Origin: Octopus vulgaris
Lineage: Eukaryota
Assembly: GCA_951406725.2 (NCBI GenBank)
Contig: OX597832.1
Location: forward strand, 70,246,001-70,310,000
Direction of reading: 5' to 3'
Length of the DNA stretch: 64,000 bases
Positions 41,811 to 54,469 of this stretch are shown here, piece by piece; the stretch's first letter is position 1, and every line of letters starts with the position of its first letter. The notes beneath the pieces were generated by a model. It made no database searches. It was not told where the DNA came from and saw only the letters and a program-made list of their open reading frames with translations. A program made the position numbers and the translations under genes.

Positions 41811-41888
41811 CCATCAAGACCATGTGGTTAATGTCAGAAATCATACGGGGTAAATACAGTCCTGCAGTATAATGTAATGAGTAGAGAA
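41811..41888 (-). CDS. Candidate internal exon of an unknown host gene
   Basis: tttttcag| acceptor, |gttagt donor; 78 nt, phase 1-1; only open frame is xLYSLHYTAGLYLPRMISDINHMVLMx; no recognisable homology. Confidence 0.25.
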
Positions 41889-42316
41889 CTGAAAAATTAT
41901 ACTGTTCATTATTAGCAGCAAATTGGTCATTAACACATACAACCATTTCTATTGATACGCAATAAACTTTAAATTTACATTTATACGGCATGTTCATAAT
42001 ATCATCAGACGAAAAAAGACGGGGCGGGACGTTTAAAGTTAGAAACGCACACGAGTTGACGTAATGAATATTTCAGAAATAGATGTTAAATACTGTCTCC
42101 AAATGACGATTGTAAAGCATGTTTTCTCATGCTCAGCATGAAATCAATTGATATTGAGTTATGTAGTAAACTACTTTCAAATTCCATCCAGAAGGTAGAC
42201 CTCTTTTTAAAATATTCATTAGATTGCTCGTGTGTATATTCATCGTAGAATTGGTGGGGGTTTTTTAAGCTTTCGCTTTCATTTTTAGCAAGCAGCATCA
42301 TTACCCTACTTTTCTT

Positions 42317-42354
<38 letters not shown>

Positions 42355-42355
42355 A

Positions 42356-42572
42356 GACTCTTATTTTATGTTGCTCCAGTTCACTTAGCTGTAGAAATGA
42401 GTTGCAATGTCATTTGTCCTAAGTTGTATCAACTTTTGCCTTTCTCTTGGATAACATCAGTAGTGTGAAGAGGGAAGGCTGGTATGCATGGGTTACTGCT
42501 GGCCTTCCATAAACAACCTTGTCCGGACTTGTGCCTTGGAAAGTAACTTTAATGACCGAAGAGGATCTTTTC
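42356..42572 (+). mobile_element. 5'-truncated SINE family 1
   Basis: ttgctccagttcacttagctgtagaaatgagttgc...tgaccgaag; colinear with 12001-12230. Confidence 0.8.
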
Positions 42573-42584
42573 CCGTTACCGTTT

Positions 42585-43190
42585 AAGAAATATAGCGAAT
42601 ACAAAAGGCGCCATGACAATGTGGCAAGAATAATCCATTGGGATATTTATGGAAACCACGGACTACAAAGAGCAAAGACGCAGTATGAGAAAACTCCAAA
42701 AGGAGTCACCGAAAATGAGAATTGCAAAATCCTGAGGGACGCAATGATCCAGTGCTATCACCTGACCAGACATTGGAAACCGGACATTGTTGTGGGGAAT
42801 AAAAAAAGAAAGAACATGATAATTGATATAGCATGCCCCAGTGAAAACAGGATCATATGAAAGAAGAAGGAAAAATAAACAACTATGATGATTTGAGGTG
42901 GGAAATACGAAGGGTGTGGTCAATGAGGAGAGCAGACGTGATATCAATAGTAATTGGTATACTTGGAAGTATCAGCACTCAACTATCAACAATGGCTGAA
43001 AAAGATTGGTGCAAGTGTGAAGGTAGAACACCTAAAAATCAGCATAGCTTGGTACTAGAAAAATCTTTCGCAGGGTTCTTGAAGTATGACCATTAAAAAA
43101 GTGTCGAATTAGTCTGCTGGATGTGGACAGCTGACACCGCCGTACATCTCCAAAACGTTGTAAAGAAATAACAAGCTGTGTAAAGGCAAT
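42585..43190 (+). mobile_element. R4/Dong-type retrotransposon 3' end terminating in (TAA)n
   Basis: EYKRRHDNVARIIHW...KPDIVV...IIDIACP...KINNYDDL..EIRRVW..VISIVIGILG; 3' UTR followed by (TAA)n. Confidence 0.9.
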
Positions 43191-43194
43191 AATG

Positions 43195-43292
<98 letters not shown>

Positions 43293-44169
43293 AAGAAGAA
43301 GAAGAAGGAGGAGGATGATGATGAGGAGGAGGAGGAGGAAAGGGAGGAGGAGGAGGAGGAGGAGGGGGATAACGGGTTCTCCTATCGGAGACGGCGTATG
43401 AGCGTTCAGACCGCCGAACGAGCGGCACAAATGATTTGCTTATATCGATCAATAATGAAAAAGAAGTGTATCGATGAACAGTTACTCATCTTCAGTCTTT
43501 ATTCTTGACATTCTCCCGTTATCCCGTCAGCCACTTAGTGCATGTCATGTTGTAATGATACAACTTACTATAGAATGTTTAATGTTATTTCAAAACATCT
43601 GCCACAACGCTTCACAAGAGTGGTCGGATGAGAAGCAGTTTCACCATTATGATTCGCAATTGTGGATTTCCAATACTCATATCACGCACAGAATATACGC
43701 CTATGCAGTACTTATATTCAAAGATGGCAGTGGAATGTAACACTGATAGCCACACTTTTTCCTGTATGTATACATGTGTGTCTCTAGATATTGTAGATGT
43801 CATTCGGTTTGTACAAAATAAGGAGGGCTAAGCAAAATATACAGCACGAACCTCACAGTAAATTGGATTCTACTCTCTGTATTGATTCCCCCTTTTAATG
43901 ACAATTTCGTTGCTACTCTTGAAGTAGCTTTTAGATAACAGTTTCACTACAACATGCATAAAAGAAACATATTTTAACCTGTGCTAACCTGAACGATAGC
44001 AAACAAAGTCAGTAAAATGTGATTTTGCGTCTGCTTCGAAACATTATTTTTGACTATATGCATTAAAATTCATTCAGTAAAACCCAATTTTATACGGCAC
44101 GTTTTTCTATCTGAAAACTATTAAGTAATATGTGATTCACTCTCTTTACCTGTGTGTGTGTGTGTGCGT

Positions 44170-44212
<43 letters not shown>

Positions 44213-44307
44213 CGTGTGCGTGTGTGTGTGTCAATGTTTGTTGAATAAAAACAACTTATAATAAAAACAACTTTAAATTTATCTGATCTAAATCTTTTGT
44301 AGAGTAC

Positions 44308-44348
44308 AAAACTTAGAAGTTTCGGATACGTCAGCCATCGTCAGACTG
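44308..44348 (-). ncRNA. Degenerate hammerhead motif in a probable PLE end fragment
   Basis: Reverse complement cagt-CTGACGA-tggctgacgtatcc-GAAA-cttcta; stems imperfect. Confidence 0.35.
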
Positions 44349-44800
44349 CGATGCATTAGAGTCTTTGTTGAGTTAAAATCATCCTCGAGTGCGTGGGTTT
44401 GAGTAGGCTGGTAATTACATTTTTGTGGTACGTTGTTATAGAAGGGTGTTTTGGAAAATTTTTAATTGATTAAATTAACGATTATGTTATTGTCTAGAAT
44501 TTATTCATGTATGCAGAACTTTGTAAACAAGCCTTAGGCATTTCTTTCTTTTATTAAGTAGGCACGATGTGGGATAGTAATTTTGTTACTTTTGGTAAGA
44601 ATAATATCTACATAGATAGACAGATAGATAGATGGATAAATAGATTGATAGAGAGGGAGAGAGAGAGAGAGTAATTTATTGCATAGTATCATCTATGAGG
44701 AATATGGCAAGAATTTGAGGAATGTAGAAAGAATTGTAACGAATATTTAAAGTTGTGCTAAATTTCCTCATCCTCATAAAATATGTCTGTGTGCGTCTTA

Positions 44801-44876
<76 letters not shown>

Positions 44877-45528
44877 GAGTGTGTATTGCATGATGTTCCC
44901 ATAATTATTCGGGGCAATACAACTAAGTTTAAAATCATATAACCTGGAACCAATCTTCGATTGTCTTTTTCTATTCTGATTTAAATATATTTTCATTTAG
45001 ACATTTATGTGTAATTTTAGTAAATATATAGTTGCTATTTGAACCAGGTCAATTTATCTTGCCTCATTGTCACGTTTAATTATGATGATATCGTCATCAC
45101 GGCTGCTATCTCCTTGGTCATAGGTGTGATTGGTCAGTGCTGACCTTTCACTAAACATATCTTTGTTCAATTTATTAATCATTTCCTGAATGTTAGAGAA
45201 ATACTATTATGATCAGTGCTGCATATAACAGTTCTATTTAGTGGAGGAATGAGTAGACTCATTTGTGGAACATGATAAAGTTAATTTAGAATAAATCTAT
45301 TTCAAATAAAGATTAATTTCTTTTTCTATTCACTACATATATAAGGACCACATTAGAACATGGGTTTCACTTAGTTCACACTCATCAGCTTTAATTATAA
45401 CTACCTGAAGGGTAAGTAGATGGACTTTTGTTTGGCGTCAAGGTACGATATATAGCAGAATCCTTCATTTTTAATTTCCCAAACTTTCATCTCTGGTAGC
45501 GGAAACGGAAGCATATATAGTAACTTAC

Positions 45529-45667
45529 GGATTATTCTCTAACCAGAAACTTAGACTGAATGCTTCCAAAAGAGTTGGCTTAATGAAAGGTAAATGATAT
45601 CCATTCGTTGTTGGTGTCAACTGAGCGCGAAATGAAGTCTGTTGCACAACAGTGTTGTCATTAGACA
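45529..45667 (-). CDS. Candidate host-gene exon encoding the start of a pentraxin/LamG-like domain
   Basis: Strong acceptor tttatattttcag| and donor |gtaagt; 139-nt open frame xSNDNTVVQQTSFRAQLTPTTNGYHLPFIKPTLLEAFSLSFWLENNx; LxAFSLSFWL resembles the pentraxin LxAFTxCxW strand. Confidence 0.45.
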
Positions 45668-46241
45668 CTGAAAATATAAATAATGTATAAATGTATAGCA
45701 ATATATATATTTGATAGCGAATAAAACGGGAATTGTTTAAAAAGTTGAATAATTCATGAACTGTTATAGATACGTTCAACGGTTAAAAGGTAGATGTAGA
45801 CATATTGAATGCGTGAAAAAGTAACGAAAGCTAAAGAAGGATAAAATATGCAATAATAGTCAGAGTCTAATATTTTCATTACTTCTTTATCGCTAGATAG
45901 GTCAGATAATTGGGATCATGTTCCAACCTTATCTTGATGTTATACTTGTAGGTTGTGAACTACCTCGAAAGTAAAGACACCAAATGCATTTACCAAGATA
46001 ATCAGCTGCATTTAGCTGCGTAATATATAATACGTTTATTTTAGTCTTACTGACTAAAAGGAAAAACACATTAAAGTTATGAGTTCCTCCTCTCCTCCAC
46101 TTGCTTCTCCTTCTCTTTGTCTACATTCTCAGCCTTGATTTTGCAACAAATAATATTTTTAGAAGGAACAATCTTTCACTGAACGATTACATCAATTATT
46201 TTGTTGCTCTTTTTTTTTTATATTAATTAACAGCACTCCCC

Positions 46242-46325
46242 AGGCAGGCAGGCAGGCATACAGACAGACAGACAGACAGACAGATAGATAGATAAATAGA
46301 TAGATAGATAGATAGATATATAGAC

Positions 46326-46423
<98 letters not shown>

Positions 46424-46451
46424 ACAGACTGACAGACAGAGACAGACAGAC

Positions 46452-46536
<85 letters not shown>
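46242..46536. repeat. Compound (GGCA)/(GACA)/(GATA)n microsatellite
   Basis: Direct inspection. Confidence 0.95.
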
Positions 46537-46537
<1 letters not shown>

Positions 46538-46956
46538 CTTGCTTATTATTAACTTGGAATTTTAACCACTCTCGCCTTACTAAAATCTTCGGATAGGTAT
46601 TTTCAACATTTCAAACGGGTAGTGAGAAATAGCAAGGTCTCAGCTAGCTGCAAAAATTAACAGTAATTGTGTGTATATGCATTAAAGGCGAAAAGTATTT
46701 TATCGAAACGAAGGAAAATTTACTTCTAAATATCTTGCTGCTATAACGTATCCATTTATTGCTGTCAGTTTTATCTCATCGACAATTTGTTAATGTTCTC
46801 TTTATAATAAAAATATTTTCCTCTTTAACAAGACATTAATTTGTCTCTCAAGAGATCACCTTTTAGTCTTTCTAACATAAACATTTCTTAAGAATGTCTT
46901 ATTTCAAAGTATTCATCCATTAAACATGTTAAAGAGAACCTCTGACGCTCTCTCTC

Positions 46957-47005
<49 letters not shown>

Positions 47006-47295
47006 CTATCTTTATCTCTCTAACTCTAATCTATTTTTGTTTTGTTTTAATAAATTTATATAAACTTTTTCTTTAATTTGCTTAATGTTGTCTGCATTTT
47101 AGAATTCGTTGACACAGGGAAATTAGAAATCTTCAAATGTAGGGCGATGTGCAAAAGAGGAAACATGATAATTGTGAGGAAATTGAAATCGTGCTAATCT
47201 CAGTTTGACCATGGAAATAAAACAAAATAAAACATGAAAAAAACCCTTTAAACTAAAAAATGGGTAATAAAAACATAAAAGTCTGCCATAAAAGG

Positions 47296-47345
<50 letters not shown>

Positions 47346-47352
47346 TACATAC

Positions 47353-47406
<54 letters not shown>

Positions 47407-47479
47407 ATATATATGAAGAAATGTAGATGAATAGTTATAAGGATAAATAAATCTAATACATTGCCACTTAAAAATTGGA

Positions 47480-48680
47480 TTCTCCAACAATCTTCAGAAG
47501 AATCTAGTCCTTTTAATTTGGAATATTAAATTCATAAGGTACAACAGTTTCCTGGATATTTTAAAGTTAAAAATATTCCAGAAATTGAAAAAAAGCAACA
47601 AAAAATATTTGTCAAGTCTGATCAAAGCAAAATCTTGTATAAAATAGCTCTGTCTCTTTACCAAAGAAAGTTATTCCATTCCATATCCAATAGGGAAGCC
47701 ATACTATCTGAAATAATTTGGACGACATCAAAGCTCAATATTCATAAGAGAGGAAGCAACCGATTACATCCAGGCGCTCATATTCCGCTTTTAATGAGCT
47801 GAAATATAATTTTGCTCAAAACTAACTTTCTATTAATTATTATTTTGATCTGTTACTTGTTTCTCTTACTGCAGCTCTACTGAGTCATCGCCTTAAAAGG
47901 TTCATTTGGTCAGCTTGACACTAGTATCTGTCTTTATAAGTCTGTTATTAACTCTATCGGTTTCTTTTGATGAACAACTACGTTATGTGGGGGAGCATTA
48001 AAAATCAACACCTTTGTCAAATGTTCAGAAGTACAAAGGCAACATACATATACAAAACGAGCCTCCACACAGTCTCCATCACACACATTCACTCACAAGG
48101 CACTAGTAGGCTCGGGCTTATAGCTTTTATTACGCTTTAATCTACAGTATATTTATTTCACTGCTAATCCAATAGAAAATCCAGAAGTAAAGGAGAACTT
48201 TATGCTTCATACCTCGATAAAAGTTAAGTGTAGCAATTACATTCGCCAAAACACTCTTTACTTTATTAAACAAACATTTGTGCCAAACATACATCTATAA
48301 AGCATTTAAAAATTTTGTTGGAATTTTGTATTCTACTGCATTAAACATGATGCTAAGACCAACGATTCAAAATTAAAGCCAATTAAGACCAACACTTAGT
48401 TTCAACACTGTTGCCACTAAGAATAACCCTATATACGTTAAACAGAAAGCTAATCATACTATATTTCAAGAAATTATAAACATTAACAAACTTAGTCTAT
48501 CTTATGCATTTAAATTTAGTCTGTATAAGTATTCTCAATCTTTCCGTACTAAGAATACAAACAATCACACGTGACTCCCAAATCCGATATGGAAGATAAA
48601 AGCCAACCCTTTTTACAATAATTTGATAGGGAATGCACACTCGAGTTTTGTCTTAATCTGGTAATAAAAACATGACAGCT
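47480..48680 (+). mobile_element. Highly decayed PLE reverse-transcriptase region, interrupted by a family 3 SINE (~47850-48120, minus)
   Basis: FQKNLVLLIWNIKF and KIFVKSDQSKILYKI...YQRKL resemble the PLE pre-RT 'DKG/DKT' region; later AITFAK and KLSLSY remnants. Confidence 0.5.
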
Positions 48681-48879
48681 TTGTGCGATTGTTCATATTT
48701 TTCATGGGAGTGTTTTGATATTTAAAAAATAATTTTACCTATTGTAATAGGAAGATATTAATCGCAATAGATTAATGTCTGTCTCATAAAATCCATATTT
48801 TCCTTGGTATAATCCGATTTCTAATATAATTCATAAATTTAAAAACTTTAAAAGTTTTCTTCCATGTTCTATATGTTTC

Positions 48880-50030
48880 TTCTGGTTGTTCGGGAAACAT
48901 CGATGCGATAGTTCAGTTCCATCCAGACGCTCTGCAGCATATTTGGAGTTAGCATGTGAACTGCTTCAGTGATCGAAGTTTTCAGCTTCTCCAGGTAGAA
49001 GTACGTAAACTGTGCCCTTCACGAACCCCCAAAGAAAGGAGTCACAAACACTTAGACCTCGCAGTGACACTCAATTGTTTCGTCCAGCACAACCAATCCA
49101 CCTGTTTGGCAGCGAGATGCCAGAGCGGTGGCACACCATCTTGCTGGAAAAGGTAGTCATCACCCTCAGCAGCTAGTTGTGGAAACATTGAATTGGTAAG
49201 CATCTCTAGTTAACTTTGACCAGTAACAGTTCCTCCCTCAAAGAAGAAAGGGAGCCATACGCATTCCTCTCTGATACCGCACAAAACACATTAACTTCGG
49301 TGAGTGTCGCTCAATTTCCTGGCGAGTGTGCCCCCCCCCCCCCATATCTGCACGTTATGCCTATTGAGTTTACCGTTCAAGTGAAATAGCGCCTCATCAC
49401 AGAAAATGATTTTTGACTGCAGGTTGTTATTATCTTCCATTAATTGCTGGATATTCTCACAAAATTCAAATCGCATTCCATTATCTTTCGGGTAGAGTTT
49501 TGAACTTACTGCAGCTTGTAAGGGTGAAACTTTAGTGATTATATAGGAGCTTGCAAACTATGCTTTGGGGGAGGTGTAACTCTCGGTAGCTCTTCGTATT
49601 GACTTCTGCGGCCTGTGCACGAATTTTCTTCTAACTCGATTAATAACTTTCTCTGAGACTTATTGTCAGCCAGTGTATCCCTTTCTCTGATCACAGATAC
49701 ACTCTTTCTGACTGAAATGGTTGTACCGTTTCTGAATGGACTGGATGTAGGTGGAATTGAATGATATTTGAGTCTGAAAAAACGTTGTACGGCCATAACA
49801 CTGTTTGATCTTGCGAATTCCAGTACACACCAGCTCCGTTGCTGTAGGGTGGCGGCATTTTTTTAGATTTCCTTGTACCCCCGAGGTTTTCAGGTCAAAG
49901 ATGACTAATCGCCTGAAAAAAATTAAATAACTGTTGTTAGAGAATCGGTCCACAACATGTTTATCAATATATTTGAATTAGTTTAAATATCATAATATGT
50001 GAAATCAGGGAGTGTTTTGTGGACATCCTG
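48880..50030 (-). mobile_element. Tc1/mariner remnant (DD41D/rosa-like), left TIR present
   Basis: TA|CAGGATGTCC terminus at 50030; AVQRFFRLKY; RFEFC..IIFCDEALFHLNGKLNRHNVQIWG; FQQDG. Confidence 0.82.
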
Positions 50031-50165
50031 TATATCATATACTGTAGGGTGTATAAGCATGTATTGAGTTCAATTTCCTTTACCATATAAAATGATATTC
50101 ACGTGTACGCACACACATACTCACACTTATACACGCACATACTTATATATGCATGGATATACATA

Positions 50166-50225
<60 letters not shown>

Positions 50226-50226
<1 letters not shown>

Positions 50227-51329
50227 TGGGTCATCCCATAAATAATCCGTTTTTTATACTTTTTTAATTTTCAAAATTAAGATAAGCAAAGTTCTTTTTT
50301 AATCTAAAATATACCCACCTTCATTTTCAATAATGCTCTTCTATCTATCTCGTAAACTAGCAAGGCCCTACGAGCATTATTCTGATGGAAGGAGACCTTT
50401 CGCATTGAAACCAAAGTTGGTCGTTTTTCCTCTAGCGCTCACTTAAGCCACTCAAACTGCTCGCAGTAGATCTTTGTTATCGTTTGGCTTGGGCTTAAAA
50501 GTTCAAAGTGGTATAAACCTTTCATATCTCACCAAACAGATAACACCACCTTACGTGGGTGAAGACTTTCTTTAGCCTGTGATGCCAGTATTCTCCTTTC
50601 CCTACTCACCGTCTTCGGCGATTGACATTTTTATACACAACCTATTTCTCGTCACCTCTCGCTATTCGTGAGACGTGACTGCAAAGGTGCATTGCTTAGA
50701 CGTAACAGCAAAGACGGTTCATTCGTTAAACGTGACAGCAAAGAAGAGCATGCTTTCATTCTCTGCGTGCGATTAGACTCGGAAAGTTTGTGAGGAATCC
50801 ATTGACCCAATTTGATGACTTTTTTCAGATGGCACGCAGGTGTCGACGAATGGCTGAATGACCAAACCTAAGCTTCTCCACTAGCTGCTCAACAGTTACG
50901 ATGGGATTTTATTCCACCAGGTTTTCCAGGACGTCCTCAACAAGCTCTACAGATTTTCCAGGACGAGGCCCGTCTTCTAGGCTGTAGTTTCCGGTGTGGA
51001 ATTTCTGGAACCTCTCTTGACACTGGCTTACACTTATTGTCTGATCTCCATATACTGCATTGATATTCCTTACAGTTTCCGTTGCGTTGTTGCCTTTAAT
51101 GAACTCAAAAAGCAAAATATGCCAATATACTCCTTTGTCACTTCCATTATAGCTCTGAAAATAGCTGCTAAAATCGAACTACACTGTTCAAAACTAGCAC
51201 TAAAAATAAGGACAAGGTAAAATTACTTACTGCTTTTATAGCAAGTTGATGCAGGTAGTTTATCCTGTTCCCCTCCAACTTTTAATTTATGGAAATGAAA
51301 AAAACTGCATTATTTATGGGATGATCCAA
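50226..51329 (-). mobile_element. mariner element, internally deleted, both TIRs and TA TSD
   Basis: TIR ttgggtcatcccataaataat / attatttatgggatgatccaa; HTH LFEFIKGNNATETVRNINAVYG..RFQKF..SLEDGPRPG; WIPHKL motif. Confidence 0.92.
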
Positions 51330-51367
<38 letters not shown>

Positions 51368-51369
<2 letters not shown>

Positions 51370-52293
51370 GGGTGTCCATAAAGTCTCTTTACAATTTAAA
51401 AAAAAATATTACAAAGGCTGTTGATGAAATATTTTAACCAGATTTGTTTTATTTTAATAATTGTTTATTAAAGTTTTTATTGATATTAATTTTTTGTGTT
51501 TCACATACTCTGTTGATGGAAGGGAACTGATTTACTGAACCCATATAAAATGAGGATGAAGCATTCCTCAAACGAGTTTGTTTTAGTGACGAAGCGACTT
51601 TCATGTTTCGGGGAAATTAAACAGACATAATGTGAGAATCCGGGGATCAGAACATCCTCATGTGACTAGGGAGCTTCAACGGGATAGTTCAAAAGTTAAT
51701 GTGTGATGTGGAATCATGTGCAATCGAATAATTGGTCCATTTTGTTTCAACGAGGCAACAATTACTGCAGATGTTTACCTCGACCTTCTGACCGAATATG
51801 TTGCACCACAACTGATTGATTTACAACCAACCATCATTTTCCAACAAGATGGTGCACCACCACATTGGGGACAGCATGTTCGACAGTTCCTCTTCCTCAA
51901 TCAAACATTTCCAGACCGATGGATTGGAAGGGATGGGTCAATTCCATGGCCACCGCGTTCGCCAGATATCACTCCCTTGGACTTCTTTTCATGGGGTTAT
52001 GTAAAAGATATCGTGTATCAAATAAAGATACGGGAAATTGCTGACTTGAAGCAAAGGATTCGTAATGCCATTGCCACCGTTGATGAGGCTATCCTACAGC
52101 GAACAAGGCAAGAATTCGAGTACCGTCTTGATGTGCTTCGCGCAACTAATGGTGCCCATATTGAGGTCTAATAAAAGCAGTTAAAAAAACTTTAATAAAC
52201 AATTATTACAATAAAATAAATCTGGTTATAATATCTTGTCAACTGCCTTTGTAAAAAAAATTTTTAATTGTAAAGAGACTTTATGGACACATG
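51368..52293 (+). mobile_element. DD41D (rosa/Visitor) Tc1/mariner element, 5' coding region deleted, ~110-bp TIRs, TA TSD
   Basis: TA|cagggtgtccataaagtctctttacaatt ... aattgtaaagagactttatggacacatg|TA. Confidence 0.92.
51716..52171 (+). pseudogene. DD41D transposase catalytic-domain fragment
   Basis: IIGPF..FQQDGAPPH...WIGR..WPPRSPDITPLDFF.WGYVK; D-to-D spacing 43 aa including a 6-nt duplication (FLFL), i.e. 41. Confidence 0.9.
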
Positions 52294-52822
52294 TATATCT
52301 GCTTCAATGCCAGAATGATGCTTACGCTGGAATAAATTCAGATATGAATTAGATGCAGCTCGAGTGTTTATACAATGTATGTACTTGGCTAGTTCACCGG
52401 TCGTATTCTACCTGCGACGTTGGAGATGACTCTCTCATTGCTAAGTCAGTCATGGACACGCGAAACAACCCACAGTTATATTCATATATATATGAGCTCA
52501 ATTTAGGTGAGTTGAAATCAGGTTATCGTAAGAGATATTTTTTCCACGGTAACTGTGGCAAACATATTCCAAATAATGTAAATTGTGCTCGTACCTAAAC
52601 ACTGCTTTGCACCAATCCTTTGTTATTTATCTCGATCGGGCGATCTACTGAGGCAAACCAGTTAACATGTTGACTGAATTAGATATAAAGCTACAACCTT
52701 TATTTAGGTCGTTGAGATTTGACACCTTTCGTCTCTCTTACTGTCACTTTTACTCTCACAGATTCGCTCAAATACTCAGGCATATAGAGACACAGCCACA
52801 AAAATGGTAGGCCGATTGACAA

Positions 52823-52872
<50 letters not shown>

Positions 52873-52900
52873 AATAGATAAATAGATAGATCGATCGATC

Positions 52901-52949
<49 letters not shown>

Positions 52950-53754
52950 ACCGGCAGGTAGGTAGGTAGGTAGGTAGGTAGGTAGGTAGGTAGGTAGGTA
53001 GGAAGGTACCTATGATTATTCCTTTACATATCAATAATATTTATGTTCATGCTTCTTTATATTCATGGTTAACGAATCCCTAAGAACTTTGTTCAACCGG
53101 AAATCGACTGCCTACTTTGTTCGTTGTTTCGTAGTGCTACACACGTTCAAGGAAATTCCGCCATGTCAACACGAACATCCTTAATGCATGCGCTTTAATA
53201 AGCTTTCCTATTGAAAATGTTACTGTGAGGACAATATGATCAAGCTGAGTTGCATTAAAACGATTCATTTGTACCGAATGACGGAACGATTGGATTATTG
53301 AAACACTGAAGAACTGAAAATAAGTGAATGACTGAATTTAACTGATTTAATGAAATGATGGAATGGTTGAATAGCGAAACAAAACTTTATGTGAACGACT
53401 CTGATTAGATAACTGGATCATGAAATAAACGAAAGAAAATAATATTTCAGTTGACTCGACCGTTCCGCCACCCAACCAAATACTTCTGAGGACAGATGAT
53501 CGTAATAAATGGATGACTAAAATTAACATATATTCATTTCATTTCACCCCAACCTCTTCTTTTTCCCTTCCCCACCCCTTACCAGGGTATATGAAAATCC
53601 CTCATTCAAATTATAATCTGTCTTTGTAATGTTTCCTTCATATAGCACCCCTATGACAAATAAAAGAACATCATCACCATTCTTTTGATTATTATTATTA
53701 TTACAATTGTTATTATTATTATTATTATTATTATCATCATCATCATCATCATCA

Positions 53755-53816
<62 letters not shown>

Positions 53817-53819
<3 letters not shown>

Positions 53820-54177
53820 TAGTATATATTTTTTATATCGTGCTTTCACTTCACTTCTGAGCACAGCTTTGTGTGCCTTGGGTATGTGCTGTGATTTGTT
53901 GTGATGCTCTGGAAAGTGTTCTGCGTAGGATGCGTGCAGTGTCTAGTAGTGCAATTTTCTGTATGTTATATGTGTTTGTAAGTCCAGGTGTTTTTGTTAT
54001 GTATTTGTCTGAATATTTTTTTATCATGCCTAATGCACCTATTATGATAGGAATTGTTTCTGTTTTTAGATTCCACATTCTGGTTACCTCTATTTCCAGG
54101 TCTTTGTATTTTTTTTTCTTCATGATCTCTGACAACTATATCTGGTCTGTTGGCCTTAATTTCTCTATCTGTGTGTA
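53817..54177 (-). mobile_element. R4/Dong-type 3' fragment flanked on both sides by (TAA)n
   Basis: HTDREIKANRPDIVVRD / KKYKDLEIEVTRMWNLKTETIPIIIGALG..IQKIALLDTARILRRTL. Confidence 0.9.
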
Positions 54178-54222
54178 TTATTATTATTATTATTATCATT
54201 ATTATTATTATTATTATTATTA

Positions 54223-54450
54223 AGGCGGTGAGCTAGCAGAGTCGTTAGCACGCCGGGAGAAATGGCTGACGTTATTTCGTCTGTGGCTACGTTCTGAGTT
54301 CAAATTCCGCCGAGGTCAATTTCGCCTTTCATCGTTTCAGGATCGATAAATCAAGTACCGGCGAAACACTGAAATCGATGTAAATGTCTAGGCCTCCCCA
54401 CCACCGCCAGGCACAGCAAATTTCAAGCGTTACATCTTTAACAGTAAAAG
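54223..54450 (+). mobile_element. Full-length SINE family 2
   Basis: ggcggtgagctagcagagtcgttagca...gttcaaattccgccgaggtcaatttcgcctttcatc. Confidence 0.85.
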
Positions 54451-54469
54451 TTATTTTTCTCATTACTTT

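Noticed and set aside
42021-42065. GC box (ggggcggg) plus CRE-like tgacgtaa
   Set aside because: Short motifs expected by chance; no supporting promoter context
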